Shown here piece by piece: positions 23,001-48,954 of a stretch of DNA of 64,000 bases (the stretch's first letter is position 1; every line of letters begins with the position of its first letter). This DNA comes from Macrostomum lignano (lineage: Eukaryota), in the NCBI GenBank assembly GCA_002269645.1, contig NIVC01003143.1:1-64000 (forward strand), written 5' to 3'. The notes under the pieces are model-generated. The model worked only from the letters and a program-made list of their open reading frames with translations. It searched no databases and was not told the DNA's origin. The translations under genes were made by a program, and so were the position numbers.

Positions 23001-25040
23001 CAACTCCTCAGCCAGCCAATCAAACCCGGCTTACAAGTCACCAACCCACCCCACTCCTCAGCCAGCCAATCAAATCCGGATCACAAGTCACCAACCCCCT
23101 CCACTCCTCAGCCAGCCAATCAAATCCGGATCACAAGTCACCAACCCACCCCACTCCTTAGCCAGCCAATCAAATCCGGATCACAAGTCACCAACCCACC
23201 CCACTCCTCAGCCAGCCAATCAAATCCGGATCACAAGTCACCAACCCCCTCCACTCCTCAGCCAGCCAATCAAATCCGGATCACAAGTCACCAACCCACC
23301 CCACTCCTCAGCCAGCCAATCAAATCCGGCTCACAAGTCACCCACCCCCTCATTCAGGATAGGAACGAGGCGTCTAGAGTGGAGCACCTTTAAATAATCT
23401 TTTAAAACTTTCAGACGGCAAATAATTTCTCAAACAGGTGATAAATCTTGACCCATCTTCGAAGTGTAAATTTTCAAAAATTGTTGCTACACTAGCGTCA
23501 AAAGGGGGGGGGCGTTTCCACCTTCTACCTTCCAAGAGTAGCTTCCAGTCCACCGGTGCTAATTCTAAAAATCGTGTCTGGAAGACAATTTTCCAGATCT
23601 CACAGACCGTACTAATTTTATCCACAGTCACTTTGGAATTTGCAAATCTTAAACAATCTGGCACACTGCAGGCAAAATCGATGCAAATCAAATCACTTCC
23701 AATTCGTGAGGCACAAAAACTCGTTCGAAAAACGCACAAACGACAAACAAACCGAGTCTAAAGGACTCAAAAATAGAGCTTTAATGAGAGCTGGTGCGGC
23801 TGCCCGTGAGAAATTGATGTGATGGTGTCTATTTTTAGTCAATCGCTTCAAGCCCTGGTGAGCAGCGCCCCGGTGCGCCCCTTGCCTGAGAAGCGTCGAG
23901 TCCTCTCGAAGGATCGATAAGTCGAGCCGAGATGAAGGTCTGCTCCGCCCGATGGCCCAGTAGGTCCGTCAGCAGCCAGAACGGCAGTGAGGTCACGGCC
24001 ACCTCGGCCGAGCTCTCCCTGAAGAGGCTGCAGATTTGAGTTAAAGTCATTTAGAAGTTTTGGTGCCAGTCAATCTTTTATGGAGCAGAGTTTTGAAATT
24101 AAAACTCGCCTTCATTGAATTTTCAGTCCTTATCAAACGCTTAATTTAATGAGAACGTTTTGGGCGATTTTAAAAGCATTGTAATCTGGCTCCAAAGACA
24201 GCCCCGTTCTCAATGCTCGATTCTGCTGCAAGCCACATCTCTTATAAGTAACATACTAGAGTAGCCTGACTTTACGGACAAGAGCATGTGGTCTTCTAAA
24301 TAACTTTGCGACGCACTGGTACTAAAGATCGCATTAATGTGTCATTGAGTGAATTTTCGTGTACTGGTACGCTCGTACTAAAGGCCTACTTATTACGAGC
24401 TAGCTATGTCAGTCTGTGGGCATGGACTGCTCACGCGAGAGATCGGATTTTTTTGACTGAACTTGTCCATGTCGAAACCTCATTCAGCGGCCCCCAGCTC
24501 GTTTCTAAGAAAACGGAGCGTAGCCTTCTTCAACGCTGCAAGATTTCCATGTCCGCAGGTGCATTGATACTACGAGTAAAGGTCTTACCGTTCTTTCTCA
24601 CTCTGGTTCAGCGACGAATTTTCAACCATGTGAAGAAATCGCCCCAGGGTGTCATTCAGTATGCTGTTCACCAGATCAGCCTGGGCCTTCGTCAAGTTCA
24701 AGAAGTAGCTGCCAGAAATCGGCTGCTCTGGGCAGAAGTACATGTCGGGTGGCTCGAAGTCCACGCTCTCCGCTTCGAAGGTGGAAGCGACCTCCCGGGA
24801 GGCGAGGCGGCCGCCGAGGAGCGACAGGTGGAAGAAGAACACACCAAGACAGGCCGCAAACACCAGCAGCCACAGGCAGCGCACGTGAAGACGCTCGCTG
24901 GTGGCAGCGTTCGCGAGTCCGGGCGCCGTCAGATCGCGGGTGGCGAGTTCCAGGGCCCGGAGGACCGTCAGGCCACCGCTGGCCTCGGCCTCCGTTGCCT
25001 GAGTTTTGTTAGGCATGTCAGAACCGGCAATGCTTGTCAC
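20073..25040 (-). CDS. DEG/ENaC (ASIC/FaNaC superfamily) channel subunit, about 615-621 aa
   Basis: Exons 25040-24589, 24027-23886 (GC donor), 22715-22215 and 21479-20754, plus probable last exon 20117-20073; read-through instead stops at 20727. TM1 is CLWLLVFAACLGVFFFHL; TM2 is TFWADTGGILGLYLGWSVLTLFE with the GxS filter. Confidence 0.9.
20270..20740. repeat. 50-bp minisatellite (CACTCCTCAGCCAGCCAATCAAATCCAGCTCACAAGTCACCAACCCACCC), about 9 copies
   Basis: Tandem copies; same family as 22850-23345. Confidence 0.95.
21770..22198. repeat. 20-bp minisatellite (CACAGTCACATCACAATCAG-type)
   Basis: About 21 tandem copies in channel intron 3. Confidence 0.95.
22850..23345. repeat. 50-bp minisatellite, second array, about 10 copies
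   Basis: Same unit as 20270-20740 with an ATCCGG variant, in channel intron 2. Confidence 0.95.
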
Positions 25041-25801
25041 TGGTCTTGCCGCTCTGCAGGCCTTTGAAAATGTCCGCTTTTATAAAGACTGAGACGGAAA
25101 CTTTTTCAATGTTATCCCGTGTTTTTTAGAATTTCTTTTCCCCTTCAACTGGGGTTGAAACTCCAGCCGTGAGTCTTCGGAAATTAATTATTAATTATTT
25201 GTGCTTAAACAGTTTCGAGTTGAGTTGGAACAATCGATAAAGGTGCCCAGATAATGAAGTTGCAGACACAAGACCTACTCACGCAAACTCATCGTTTACT
25301 CATCCGAAGCATCCTAACTATACTACTGAATGATGAGCTTCCTAGTAGTATCGTAGATATATTCAATATCAGATATTTAGGGGCAAGAGTAGACGAAAGG
25401 AATTTGAAGATGAAGCGTTGACTGCTGAGTCAGTTGCTGCCGAGTCATTTTTTGCATCGGAGTTGGGATTTGGAAACAGACGAAGCGAGCGCAATGCAAC
25501 AGAGCGGGCTGGGCTCGCTAATGCTGGAATAAACGCAGAGAGAGGAGAAAGAGAGAGAGCTAGAGGGGACGCCAGTCGTCGATCAGCCGATTAAAAACTC
25601 GGTCCCGAGGGCGGGGCGGCCGGCTCGGGAGGCGGCGGCCACGGGGGATCAGTCGGTGTCAAGAGGAACCCGGAGAGAGAGAGAGGCGGCCGAGGGAGAA
25701 AGAGACTGGGAATAGGAGAAGCCGCATCCGAGAGAGGGCAGCAAGACGGAGTGGGTCTCATGGGCGAGGCTGAAACAGAACACTGCTCGCTCGCGGGCTA
25801 G

Positions 25802-25802
<1 letters not shown>

Positions 25803-25840
<38 letters not shown>
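25803..25840. repeat. (GA)n microsatellite
   Basis: Seen directly, in the region between the divergent channel and kinase starts. Confidence 0.95.
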
Positions 25841-25841
<1 letters not shown>

Positions 25842-26099
25842 CTCATGCTGGTCTTTCTCAGCCTGCTAGAAAGTCGGCGACTGGTCGCCGCGTACCCTAT
25901 GGAAACCCGCAGACAGGGGCGGAGGCTGGGGTGGCGGCGGCCGGACCACTTAATCCGGCGGGGCTGCCAGCGGGAGTGGCCACAGACAGACGGTCGGCGC
26001 TGCGCCTGCAGTAAATTTTTAGCAGCTCTCCTCGACTCCGAACAAAGAGACTGACGAATGCTGATCCAGTAGCGGCTGCCCGTGTCGGCGAGCTGCCCG

Positions 26100-38405
<12,306 letters not shown>

Positions 38406-38889
38406 GAAGCGAATTTGCTGTAATCAGACGTTAGGAAAGCTGCATACGCATAACTTTCATTTGTCTGTGAAGGCGCGAGTGCGATGCTCGCTTGCTACCG
38501 GCACGTCAGCCAAACGGACAGGCCGGCAGGCAGCAGGATGAGCCACCCGGAGAAGCAGCGGCCGACGCTGCCTTGGCGTCCGGCCATCAGCGCAGGCGGA
38601 TTTCGCCACCCTGCGCACCGCTGCCGACCCGGCGCAGAGCTTTCTCGGGTTGTCATTCGGTGAGCATTTGGGACCGAACAACTGCATTGGTTAGAGTTGC
38701 TACAAATGCAATCCAGATGCTAGTTTCTAGTTGTCCATGACTCATCGTCCACCGCAGATTTCACGCGACTCGGACAACATCGACGAGTGCGACTGCCTGG
38801 ACGCTCACACCTGCTGCCACCAGACTGTAGCCGAGGGAGCCAAACTGCCTGTTGGCTGATCCTGTCGCTTGGCGCGACCGAAATAATAG

Positions 38890-39175
38890 CCTTTCCCACA
38901 CCTGGCTTTCCCACACCTGCCTTTCCCACACCTGCCTTTCCCACACCTGCCTTTCCCACACCTGCCTTTCCCACACCTGCCTTTCCCACACCTGCCCATC
39001 CCACACCTGCCTATCCCACACCTGCCTATCCCACACCTGCCTATCCCACACCTGCCTATCCCACACCTGCCTATCCCACACCTGCCTATCCCACACCTGC
39101 CTATCCCACACCTGCCTATCCCACACCTGCCTATCCCACACCTGCCTATCCCACACCTGCCTATCCCACACCTAG
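38890..39175. repeat. 15-bp minisatellite (CCCACACCTGCCT[T/A]T)
   Basis: About 19 copies; a TTT variant block is followed by a TAT variant block. Confidence 0.97.
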
Positions 39176-39829
39176 CTACCTATCTCGCTGATCCCCGTGA
39201 AGTGAAAATAGTGGAAACAGAGATCGGTGAACCAGGGCGCGGGCACCTGCATGTGCGGTTGTCTCACTCAGAAACACCCTTCGAGTCCGTTTAAGAGCCT
39301 CCAAAAACTTGCATATGAATTTCAAGAATTTCAGCCTACCACAGAGACAATAAACAGCCCGGCTTAACTATTTTCCAGTCTATTGGGTTTATCTGCGGGG
39401 CATGGATTCCAATGCGCACAACTCTTTGTTTAACTCTTAAATGGCTTTTTTATTTGCTTGTCCTTTCAATCGCGCTAGCTAAGTTTGTGCGCGTGTCTGC
39501 GTCAGCTGCTCGCGCCTCACCAGTTTTATATGAAAATGCACGAAATAAACTTTGATCAGAGCTGAGCAGAGCTGGGGTTGCTGCTGGATCTGAAAACTCT
39601 GCTCTGCAAGCTCAGCAATCACTAGCTGGTTATTTTAGTCAATATTTATCAGCCTGACTTGAGATTAAACACTGAATATTGTCAAGTACGAGAATTAACA
39701 AAGCCAGTCTACAATAATAAAATTTACAACGCAAAGAGGCACATATTCAGCCATCCGCAAAATCAGTACAGGAAAAACGAGAATCCGGAGAAACGGAGTT
39801 CAAAGGAGAGGGGACAGGGACAGGGAACA

Positions 39830-41650
39830 GTCCATGATGGCCAGTGTGAACAGGGACCATAGACAGTCCAGTGTGAACAGGGACCATAGACAGTCCAGTG
39901 TGAACAGGGACCATAGACAGTCCAGTGTGAACAGGGACCATAGACAGTCCAGTGTGAACAGGGACCATAGACAGTCCGGTGTGAACAGGGACCATAGACA
40001 GTCCAGTGTGAACAGGGACCATAGACAGTCCGGTGTGAACAGGGACCATAGACAGTCCGGTGTGAACAGGGACCATAGACAGTCCAGTGTGAACAGGACA
40101 AATACGAGCTCGTATGGATCATAGACAGTCCAGGACGAATATGGATCATAGACAGTCCAGGACGAATATGGATCATAGACAGTCCAGGATGAATATGGAT
40201 CATAGACAGTCCAGGACGAATATGGATCATAGACAGTCCAGGACGAATATGGATCATAGACAGTCCAGGACGAATATGGATCATAGACAGTCCAGGACGA
40301 ATATGGATCATAGACAGTCCAGGACGAATATGGATCATAGACAGTCCAGGACGAATATGGATCATAGACAGTCCAGGACGAATATGGATCATAGACAGTC
40401 CAGGACCGAATATTGATCATAGACAGTCCAGGACCCAATATGGATCATCGTCAGTCCAGGACGAATATGGATCATCGACAGTCCAGGACGAATATCGATC
40501 ATCGACAGTCCAGGACGAATATGGATCATAGACAGTCCAGGACGAATATGGATCATAGACAGTCCAGGACCGAATATTGATCATAGACAGTCCAGGACCC
40601 AATATGGATCATCGACAGTCCAGGACGAATATCGATCATCGACAGTCCAGGACGAATATGGATCATAGACAGTCCAGGACGAATATTGATCATAGACAGT
40701 CCAGGACGAATATTGATCATAGACAGTCCAGGACGAATATTGATCATAGACAGTCCAGGACGAATATGGATCATAGACAGTCCAGGACGAATATGGATCA
40801 TAGACAGTCCAGGATGAATATGGATCATAGACAGTCCAGGACGAATATGGATCATAGACAGTCCAGGACGAATATGGATCATAGACAGTCCAGGACGAAT
40901 ATGGATCATAGACAGTCCAGGACGAATATGGATCATAGACAGTCCAGGACGAATATGGATCATAGACAGTCCAGGACGAATATGGATCATAGACAGTCCA
41001 GGACGAATATGGATCATAGACAGTCCAGGACGAATATGGATCATAGACAGTCCAGGACGAATATGGATCATAGACAGTCCAGGACCGAATATTGATCATA
41101 GACAGTCCAGGACCCAATATGGATCATCGTCAGTCCAGGACGAATATGGATCATCGACAGTCCAGGACGAATATCGATCATCGACAGTCCAGGACGAATA
41201 TGGATCATAGACAGTCCAGGACGAATATGGATCATAGACAGTCCAGGACCGAATATTGATCATAGACAGTCCAGGACCCAATATGGATCATCGACAGTCC
41301 AGGACGAATATCGATCATCGACAGTCCAGGACGAATATGGATCATAGACAGTCCAGGACGAATATGGATCATAGACAGTCCAGGACGAATATGGATCATC
41401 GACAGTCTAGGACGAATATGGATCATCGACAGTCCAGGACGAATATGGATCATCGACAGTCCAGGACCGAATATGGATCATCGACAGTCCTGGACGAATA
41501 TGGATCATCGACAGTCCAGGACCGAATATGGATCATCGACAGTCCAGGACGAATATGGATCATAGACAGTCCAGGACGAATATGGATCATCGACAGTCCA
41601 GGACCGAATATGGATCATAGACAGTCCAGGACAAATATGGATCATAGTCA
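39830..41650. repeat. 27-bp minisatellite in two subfamilies with higher-order structure
   Basis: CCATAGACAGTCCAGTGTGAACAGGGA (about 39830-40095) switches to TCATAGACAGTCCAGGACGAATATGGA. Confidence 0.97.
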
Positions 41651-42638
41651 GTCGAGGACGAACGGGATTATATACTGTCCAGGAAAAAGACAAGAGCCAT
41701 TCTCAGGCTAAGATGAAAAAAACGCAAATTTAATCTATCCCTGGTCAATACATGATAAACAAAACTTGGAAAAACGGAGCACCAAGGCATTAATTGACCG
41801 ACAAAATAAACACTGGCCGAAGTACCAATAAATCCTGTTAACTTTTTTCGTTGTTTAGATAATGACTCAGAAGCTACATATTGACAAATAAAAGGCAATT
41901 ACTGGGATTGATTTCTGTATTTGGTCAAGCGCCGGAATTCTCCACCTCGAGGAACTAATTGTCAGGCACAAGAAAAGTCATTACTTTCCCATACAAGGGT
42001 GACAGAGCAAGATAGGCGAAGAGGTGGTAACGGAGTAAACGAAGCTTAACAAAAATTAGGGCCGACCAAGTTCTCCAGCTCTCACTCCTCTCCCTCTCCC
42101 ACTCCTCTTCTCTCTCTCTCTCTCATATGCACGGTGGCGCTCATGAGTACGCACCTATTTTACTCAGCTCCTACTTTCCTTCCCTATTTTCCTAGAAGTG
42201 TATTGCAGAATGTGTATTACAATGCCAGCGTAACTATGGGCAACCAACAATGGCGGGGACAGTCCCTCTATCTCGCTCTCTCTCCTCTCTCATTGAAGCG
42301 TAGAGCCAGAGCATACACTGGGTAGAGCTGGTCTTAGGTGCTTTATCGTAGGCATAGAAAAACGAGTTCTCATACACATCTGAGCGGGCACCAACGGCAG
42401 CCGTATAGAAGAGTACACTCCTCAGTCCCCAAGCAGGAAGCGCTTCCCCAGGTTATCATGGCAGCAGGAGAAGGGGAAGAGTAATGGCCTTGGCTGCAAG
42501 CTCCCCACTCCACCACCCCCCCCCCCTACCAGCCTTGTTGCCAGGCCGGTCGTATTCAAAAAGCAGTAGCAGCAGCGGCGGCAGTAAATGGGAAAACAAA
42601 CATTTTTGAGCTCACTCCGCGCAGACAACGGAAAACAC

Positions 42639-43505
42639 ATGAAGTGCTCAGGCATGAACTCGCCTTCTCTGTGGCTAGTTGTTCTGGCCGCCTTCGCTGC
42701 TGCCACCAGCGTCGTCTCAGCGGCCAACTTGGTTGACTGCGACCAGTGGTCTGCCTGGGAGAAGGCGGCCAGCTTCGATGGCGAGACCAGGCGCCGCGAG
42801 TCCTGCTCCAGCGGCCGGCTTGACGAGCAGTGCCGCCCGGTTGGCGGCGGCCCCGTCACTGCGTGCAGAGGCGCTGGCGCGGCTGCTCCGCACTCGGCCG
42901 GCTTGCATTCCATCCGGCGACCGGCGGGAAAGAATTTCGCTTACTACTCATACTCGCCCTACTACTACTCTTACTCGAGGAGGAGTTACAGAACAAGAAG
43001 TTATTACTATGTATACACGTACACATTTTACTGCTCAGTTGGCTGCATCGCCGGCGCGGTGATCGGCGGCCTCATTGGCCTGGGCGGCCTGATTGGCGGT
43101 GCCATCGTGCTGTACTGCTTCTGCGCTAAGAACCGCCGGCCTGGCGTGGTCGGGCCTCGAGCGACTGTCGCCACCACCACCACGGTTGTGGCCGCCCCGC
43201 CAAACAGCACGTTCAACGGTACGACCTACGGCAACCAGGCCTACGGCAACCAGACCTACGGCAACCAGGCCTACGGCAACCAGGCCTACGGCAACCAGGC
43301 CTACGGAAACCAGGCTCACGGTGGCAACGCCGGCTACCCGAATGGTGCCTACCAGAACGAGTACCCGTCTCAGCAGCCGGACCAGTCCGGAGTCTACCCG
43401 CCGCCATACCCGTCTGCCTACCCGCCGGCTAATCCACCTAGCTACCCGGGGACGCAGGTCGCCGGCCAGACTGCCGCCTACCCGCCCGCTTATCCGCAGG
43501 CCTGA
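42639..43505 (+). CDS. Type I membrane protein with Cys/Trp N-domain, Tyr-rich stalk and Pro/Tyr-rich PPxY tail (CYYR1/Shisa-like architecture), about 288 aa
   Basis: Signal peptide (SLWLVVLAAFAAATSVVSA), CDQWSAW...RRRESC, TM helix IAGAVIGGLIGLGGLIGGAIVLYCFC, (YGNQx)6, and PPPY/PPSY/PPAY motifs. Single coding exon; AATAAA at about 43788. Confidence 0.85.
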   Translation: MKCSGMNSPSLWLVVLAAFAAATSVVSAANLVDCDQWSAWEKAASFDGETRRRESCSSGRLDEQCRPVGGGPVTACRGAGAAAPHSAGLHSIRRPAGKNFAYYSYSPYYYSYSRRSYRTRSYYYVYTYTFYCSVGCIAGAVIGGLIGLGGLIGGAIVLYCFCAKNRRPGVVGPRATVATTTTVVAAPPNSTFNGTTYGNQAYGNQTYGNQAYGNQAYGNQAYGNQAHGGNAGYPNGAYQNEYPSQQPDQSGVYPPPYPSAYPPANPPSYPGTQVAGQTAAYPPAYPQA

Positions 43506-44060
43506 GGCTGAGCCGTTAACATTTGTGAACTCTCGGCTATCTGGAAATTTCTTGTCAACTTGTCCCATCCTATTGAATATCTCTGTGAAACATTTGCACG
43601 CTTAAAAATTCTAAAGTTGCTACTTATTTTTCGCCATTCAAATTCCGCGATATGAACTATTCAGACTACTGTGAAGTAACATATGAAACTTGGTTGACTC
43701 GTTCGCCTGTAACGACTTTCGTGGCCACATTAAGCATCCTATTTACAAAAAAACTTAAATTTTTAACTTGCATTCGTTTTCAATACAAATAAAAAAGAGC
43801 TCAACTTATTCTCTACAAATCTGATGCCGTCTGATTTGATTTGCTACTTTGAGTAAGTTACAGGGTAAATTTGAGATAACACGAAGGGCAAATGAATAAT
43901 AGCTATTCTGTAGCAGTGCGTATTTATTCTGGCCTGAATCACGGTCACTATATATGAACTAAAGTTTCTTCACAGATCAGTTTTGCACAGTTGCTATGGA
44001 GATTATAAGCAAAAGTTTCAGATATTGGACTTGTTTAGTTATAAAGTCTCAAGCCACTGC

Positions 44061-45490
<1,430 letters not shown>

Positions 45491-46319
45491 GGCTGGTGGC
45501 TGAGACTTGGCCAATGAAAATAAATGCCTGCAAAGACGTCAAACTGCTGGCTGACACAACTGGCGCGGGGGACTTGGGCGCTCCGATCCAAAGGCTTTTT
45601 AAGTAGTTTTCCTGGCAGCCAGTGGGGCGTCTCCGTTGTCATAGCGACGGGAACTTTTTGCTGAGAGAGAAAAGAATAGATATCGAACTTCGTATAACAG
45701 CTCTTTATCTCCTAATAGATATGCTCTGCCAAATGGCTTTTATCTGGCAGTCAGTGCTGCATGGCAGAGCATATTGGCATACGATTTGCATGCAGATTAT
45801 TGCCAAGGTGCTGTTGTGGGGGTTGGGCGGTCTGTTCACAGGTGCAATGACGCGTGACGCATGGCTGTAGACAGGGGCGCTTGTGTCTGACAGCTCGCAG
45901 GAATTCATTGCAATGAGGCCTCTTTAACCCCCCAGCTAAATTTAGGCGCTTGTCAAAGCAGTTACAAACAAATCCCACATCAAAAAGCAACAAAGGTTTT
46001 ATTTGGGATTAAAAGGCTGATTAATGCTGCAGTGCTGTTGGGTGTGGCTCTGTTGAGTTCTTTATTGATTTTGTTATGCTAAGCTGGATAATATCGAGAC
46101 AGCCACGCCATGTCATGCGCCTTTTCTGTTTCACCCACATGCTGTTCAGCCAGCTATCTTTCTTATCTCGAAATTATTTCAGTTTCTGACACGCTTAGCT
46201 CGAATAGTTTTACATATCACGTTGCCATGGCGATATTTTATCTTTGTCTTTGTGTATCTTTGTGATCGCAGCTTCGAGTTGAGCTCGAAAGGGCATTCTC
46301 TGAGGCTAGCTGAGCAGAC

Positions 46320-47015
46320 CACCCACAGACAATTCACCCACAGACAATTCACCCACAGACAATTCACCCACAGACAATTCACCCACAGACAATTCACCCA
46401 CAGACAATTCACCCACAGACAATTCACCCACAGACAATTCACCCACAGACAATTCACCCACAGACAATTCACCCACAGACAATTCACCCACAGACAATTC
46501 ACCCACAGACAATTCACCCACAGACAATTCACCCACAGACAATTCACCCACAGACAATTCACCCACAGACAATTCACCCACAGACAATTCACCCACAGAC
46601 AATTCACCCACAGACAATTCACCCACAGACAATTCACCCACAGACAATTCACCCACAGAAAATTCACCCACAGACAATTCACCCACAGACAATTCACCCA
46701 CAGACAATTCACCCACAGACAATTCACCCACAGACAATTCACCCACAGACAATTCACCCACAGACAATTCACCCACAGACAATTCACCCACAGACAATTC
46801 ACCCACAGACAATTCACCCACAGACAATTCACCCACAGACAATTCACCCACAGACAATTCACCCACAGACAATTCACCCACAGACAATTCACCCACAGAC
46901 AATTCACCCACAGACAATTCACCCACAGACAATTCACCCACAGACAATTCACCCACAGACAATTCACCCACAGACAATTCACCCACAGACAGTTCACCCA
47001 CAGACAATTCACCCA
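46320..47015. repeat. 15-bp minisatellite (CACAGACAATTCACC)
   Basis: About 46 near-perfect copies. Confidence 0.98.
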
Positions 47016-47104
47016 CAACCAACAGCAGATCTAATTCACCAACAATTCCATTGTGAGTTCACTCAATTCAAGAATAACAGAAAGAGCAGTTTTTTTTAAC
47101 CGAG

Positions 47105-47109
47105 AGCGA

Positions 47110-47150
<41 letters not shown>
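47105..47150. repeat. (GA)n microsatellite
   Basis: Seen directly. Confidence 0.95.
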
Positions 47151-47151
<1 letters not shown>

Positions 47152-48954
47152 CAATCAGTTTGCTCAGTGGAGCATCAAGTAACTGATCTCCATTCGGCCC
47201 TTAAAACCAGTTCAAACGAGTTCCAAGAGAGCTTATCTTAGGCAGGACTTAATGGAACTGAGAAGGTGGGGAGAGAGGAGATGAGATAAGCCCTAACCTT
47301 GCAGCGGAGTCACATAGCAAAAAGTTCGCTCGCGGCAGCTAAGGTTGAGATTCGCAATGAAATTCGCTAAAAACTTGGTCAGAATAACAAAAAGACAAAT
47401 TTCGGGTAAGCAACCAAGCCCTAAGCTTTCGTGTCGCGTGTATTTTGTTATAAATAAATCGGGGCAAATCAAACTGCCAATGGCCGGCGCCGTTCGCTGA
47501 CTAACCGTCACCGATTTCACGTGGTGCTAAACGGTTCCCGCTGCTGGGCCGAGTCCGCCGCAGTTCAGCGCCGCATGAAATCGGGGACTGGTTGAGATCA
47601 GACCTGCCGGTGCCTCACCTGATTGCCAAACTGCAAGGCCCGCCTTGGCCCGGCCCGAGGAGCTTGCGAGGAGAGGAAGAGCCGCCGGTCCCGAGAAAGG
47701 GGTTATTTATAAAAATCCTCAGGGAGGGATCCAGCGACAGGGGAAGACGGGTGGGAAGAGGGAAGGCAGTTCGGCAAATCCCGCAGGACCAGCTCATGTA
47801 TGCTCAGGGCCGCCGCACACTGGAGGGGGATTAGGCAGGAGTCTCTCCCAACCCCCCCCCCCCCTTCAGTGCGTGTCAGGCGCGGCAGTCTCGGCAGTAC
47901 AGCAAATCCCAGCTCTTGGCTGGCTGCCATCTCTCCCTGCCCTCAGCCCATCGCTGTCTCCTGGCTTGTTAGGCCCCATCAGCTCCATTAATTTGAGTGC
48001 GGGGGTGTCGGCTTGCCAGTCGCCCTGCTTTTTTGGGCATCGAGTGAGCGGCTGCAGCTCCCCCCCCCCAGTGGAAGCCTGGTTCCCCTGGGCTGGTGAT
48101 CTGGGGATGCTACGTTCCTCAGTCGCCACCCCCGCAGTGCTAGAGCTGAGCCCGGCCCCTCATCCCCCGTTGCCAAGGCTGTGGGGCAGGGAGAGAGCCA
48201 GTCTGTGCCACCAGTGCAGCCCTGCCCTTGCCAGGCACTCCGGGAGGACAGAGCCAGTGGGTCCGGGGGGAAGGGGGCGCTGCTCCAGCACGGGCGGATG
48301 GGGGGGGCAGGCAGACGAAGCTGGAAGTAGCGAGAAAATCGATGCGATAGGTCTGTTCTCTACTGTCCCCCAGAGCGCTCTGCTGCCGCCTCTGCCCAGA
48401 CTGGCTGACTCTGACCGTACTAGTGCTGTCTGTGCTTTATATGAATCTCTTTACTACTGAGCCCAGGAACTTATCCCATTACAGACTAAACCTCCCAAGT
48501 CTATCTCATTCTCTATCAGAAAATGAGAGCGCAGTGCTGACTTTTCCAAGAAACAGAGCAGGCTAAGCTGATAAACTTGGCCGTATAAACTTTTTTCTCT
48601 GTCCCCTGTCAGCCTGTCGATTGCGACTTCGCTTCCTGTCGGGTCTCATTTCCGGCTTGGGTTTCTTCTTTTTAGCTCAGGGAGAAGCGGAGCTCGGGAA
48701 GAGCAGCGATTTCTGAGCCGTCTTCCGGCCACAATACCAACCTTGGCCTCACAAATTCTCAGCGCTGGCCAGATTTCGGTAGCACTGTAAATCGACAATA
48801 AAAAATCGGCAAAAACTCTGAATGCTGACTTTTGGAGTCGAAATTCTGCTTGGCCTCCAGCCAAGCTATAAAAAATGTCGGCGAAATTTTTAACCGATTT
48901 CTTAGAAATATAAGTCTGAAATTCTCGCTAGACTACTCATTAAGTCGTGGTAGG

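Noticed and set aside
47590-48460. 271-aa ORF and TATA-like TATTTATAAAA in a GC-rich block
   Set aside because: Low-complexity translation with no splice or domain support; it may be regulatory or a repeat, but this cannot be supported from the sequence.
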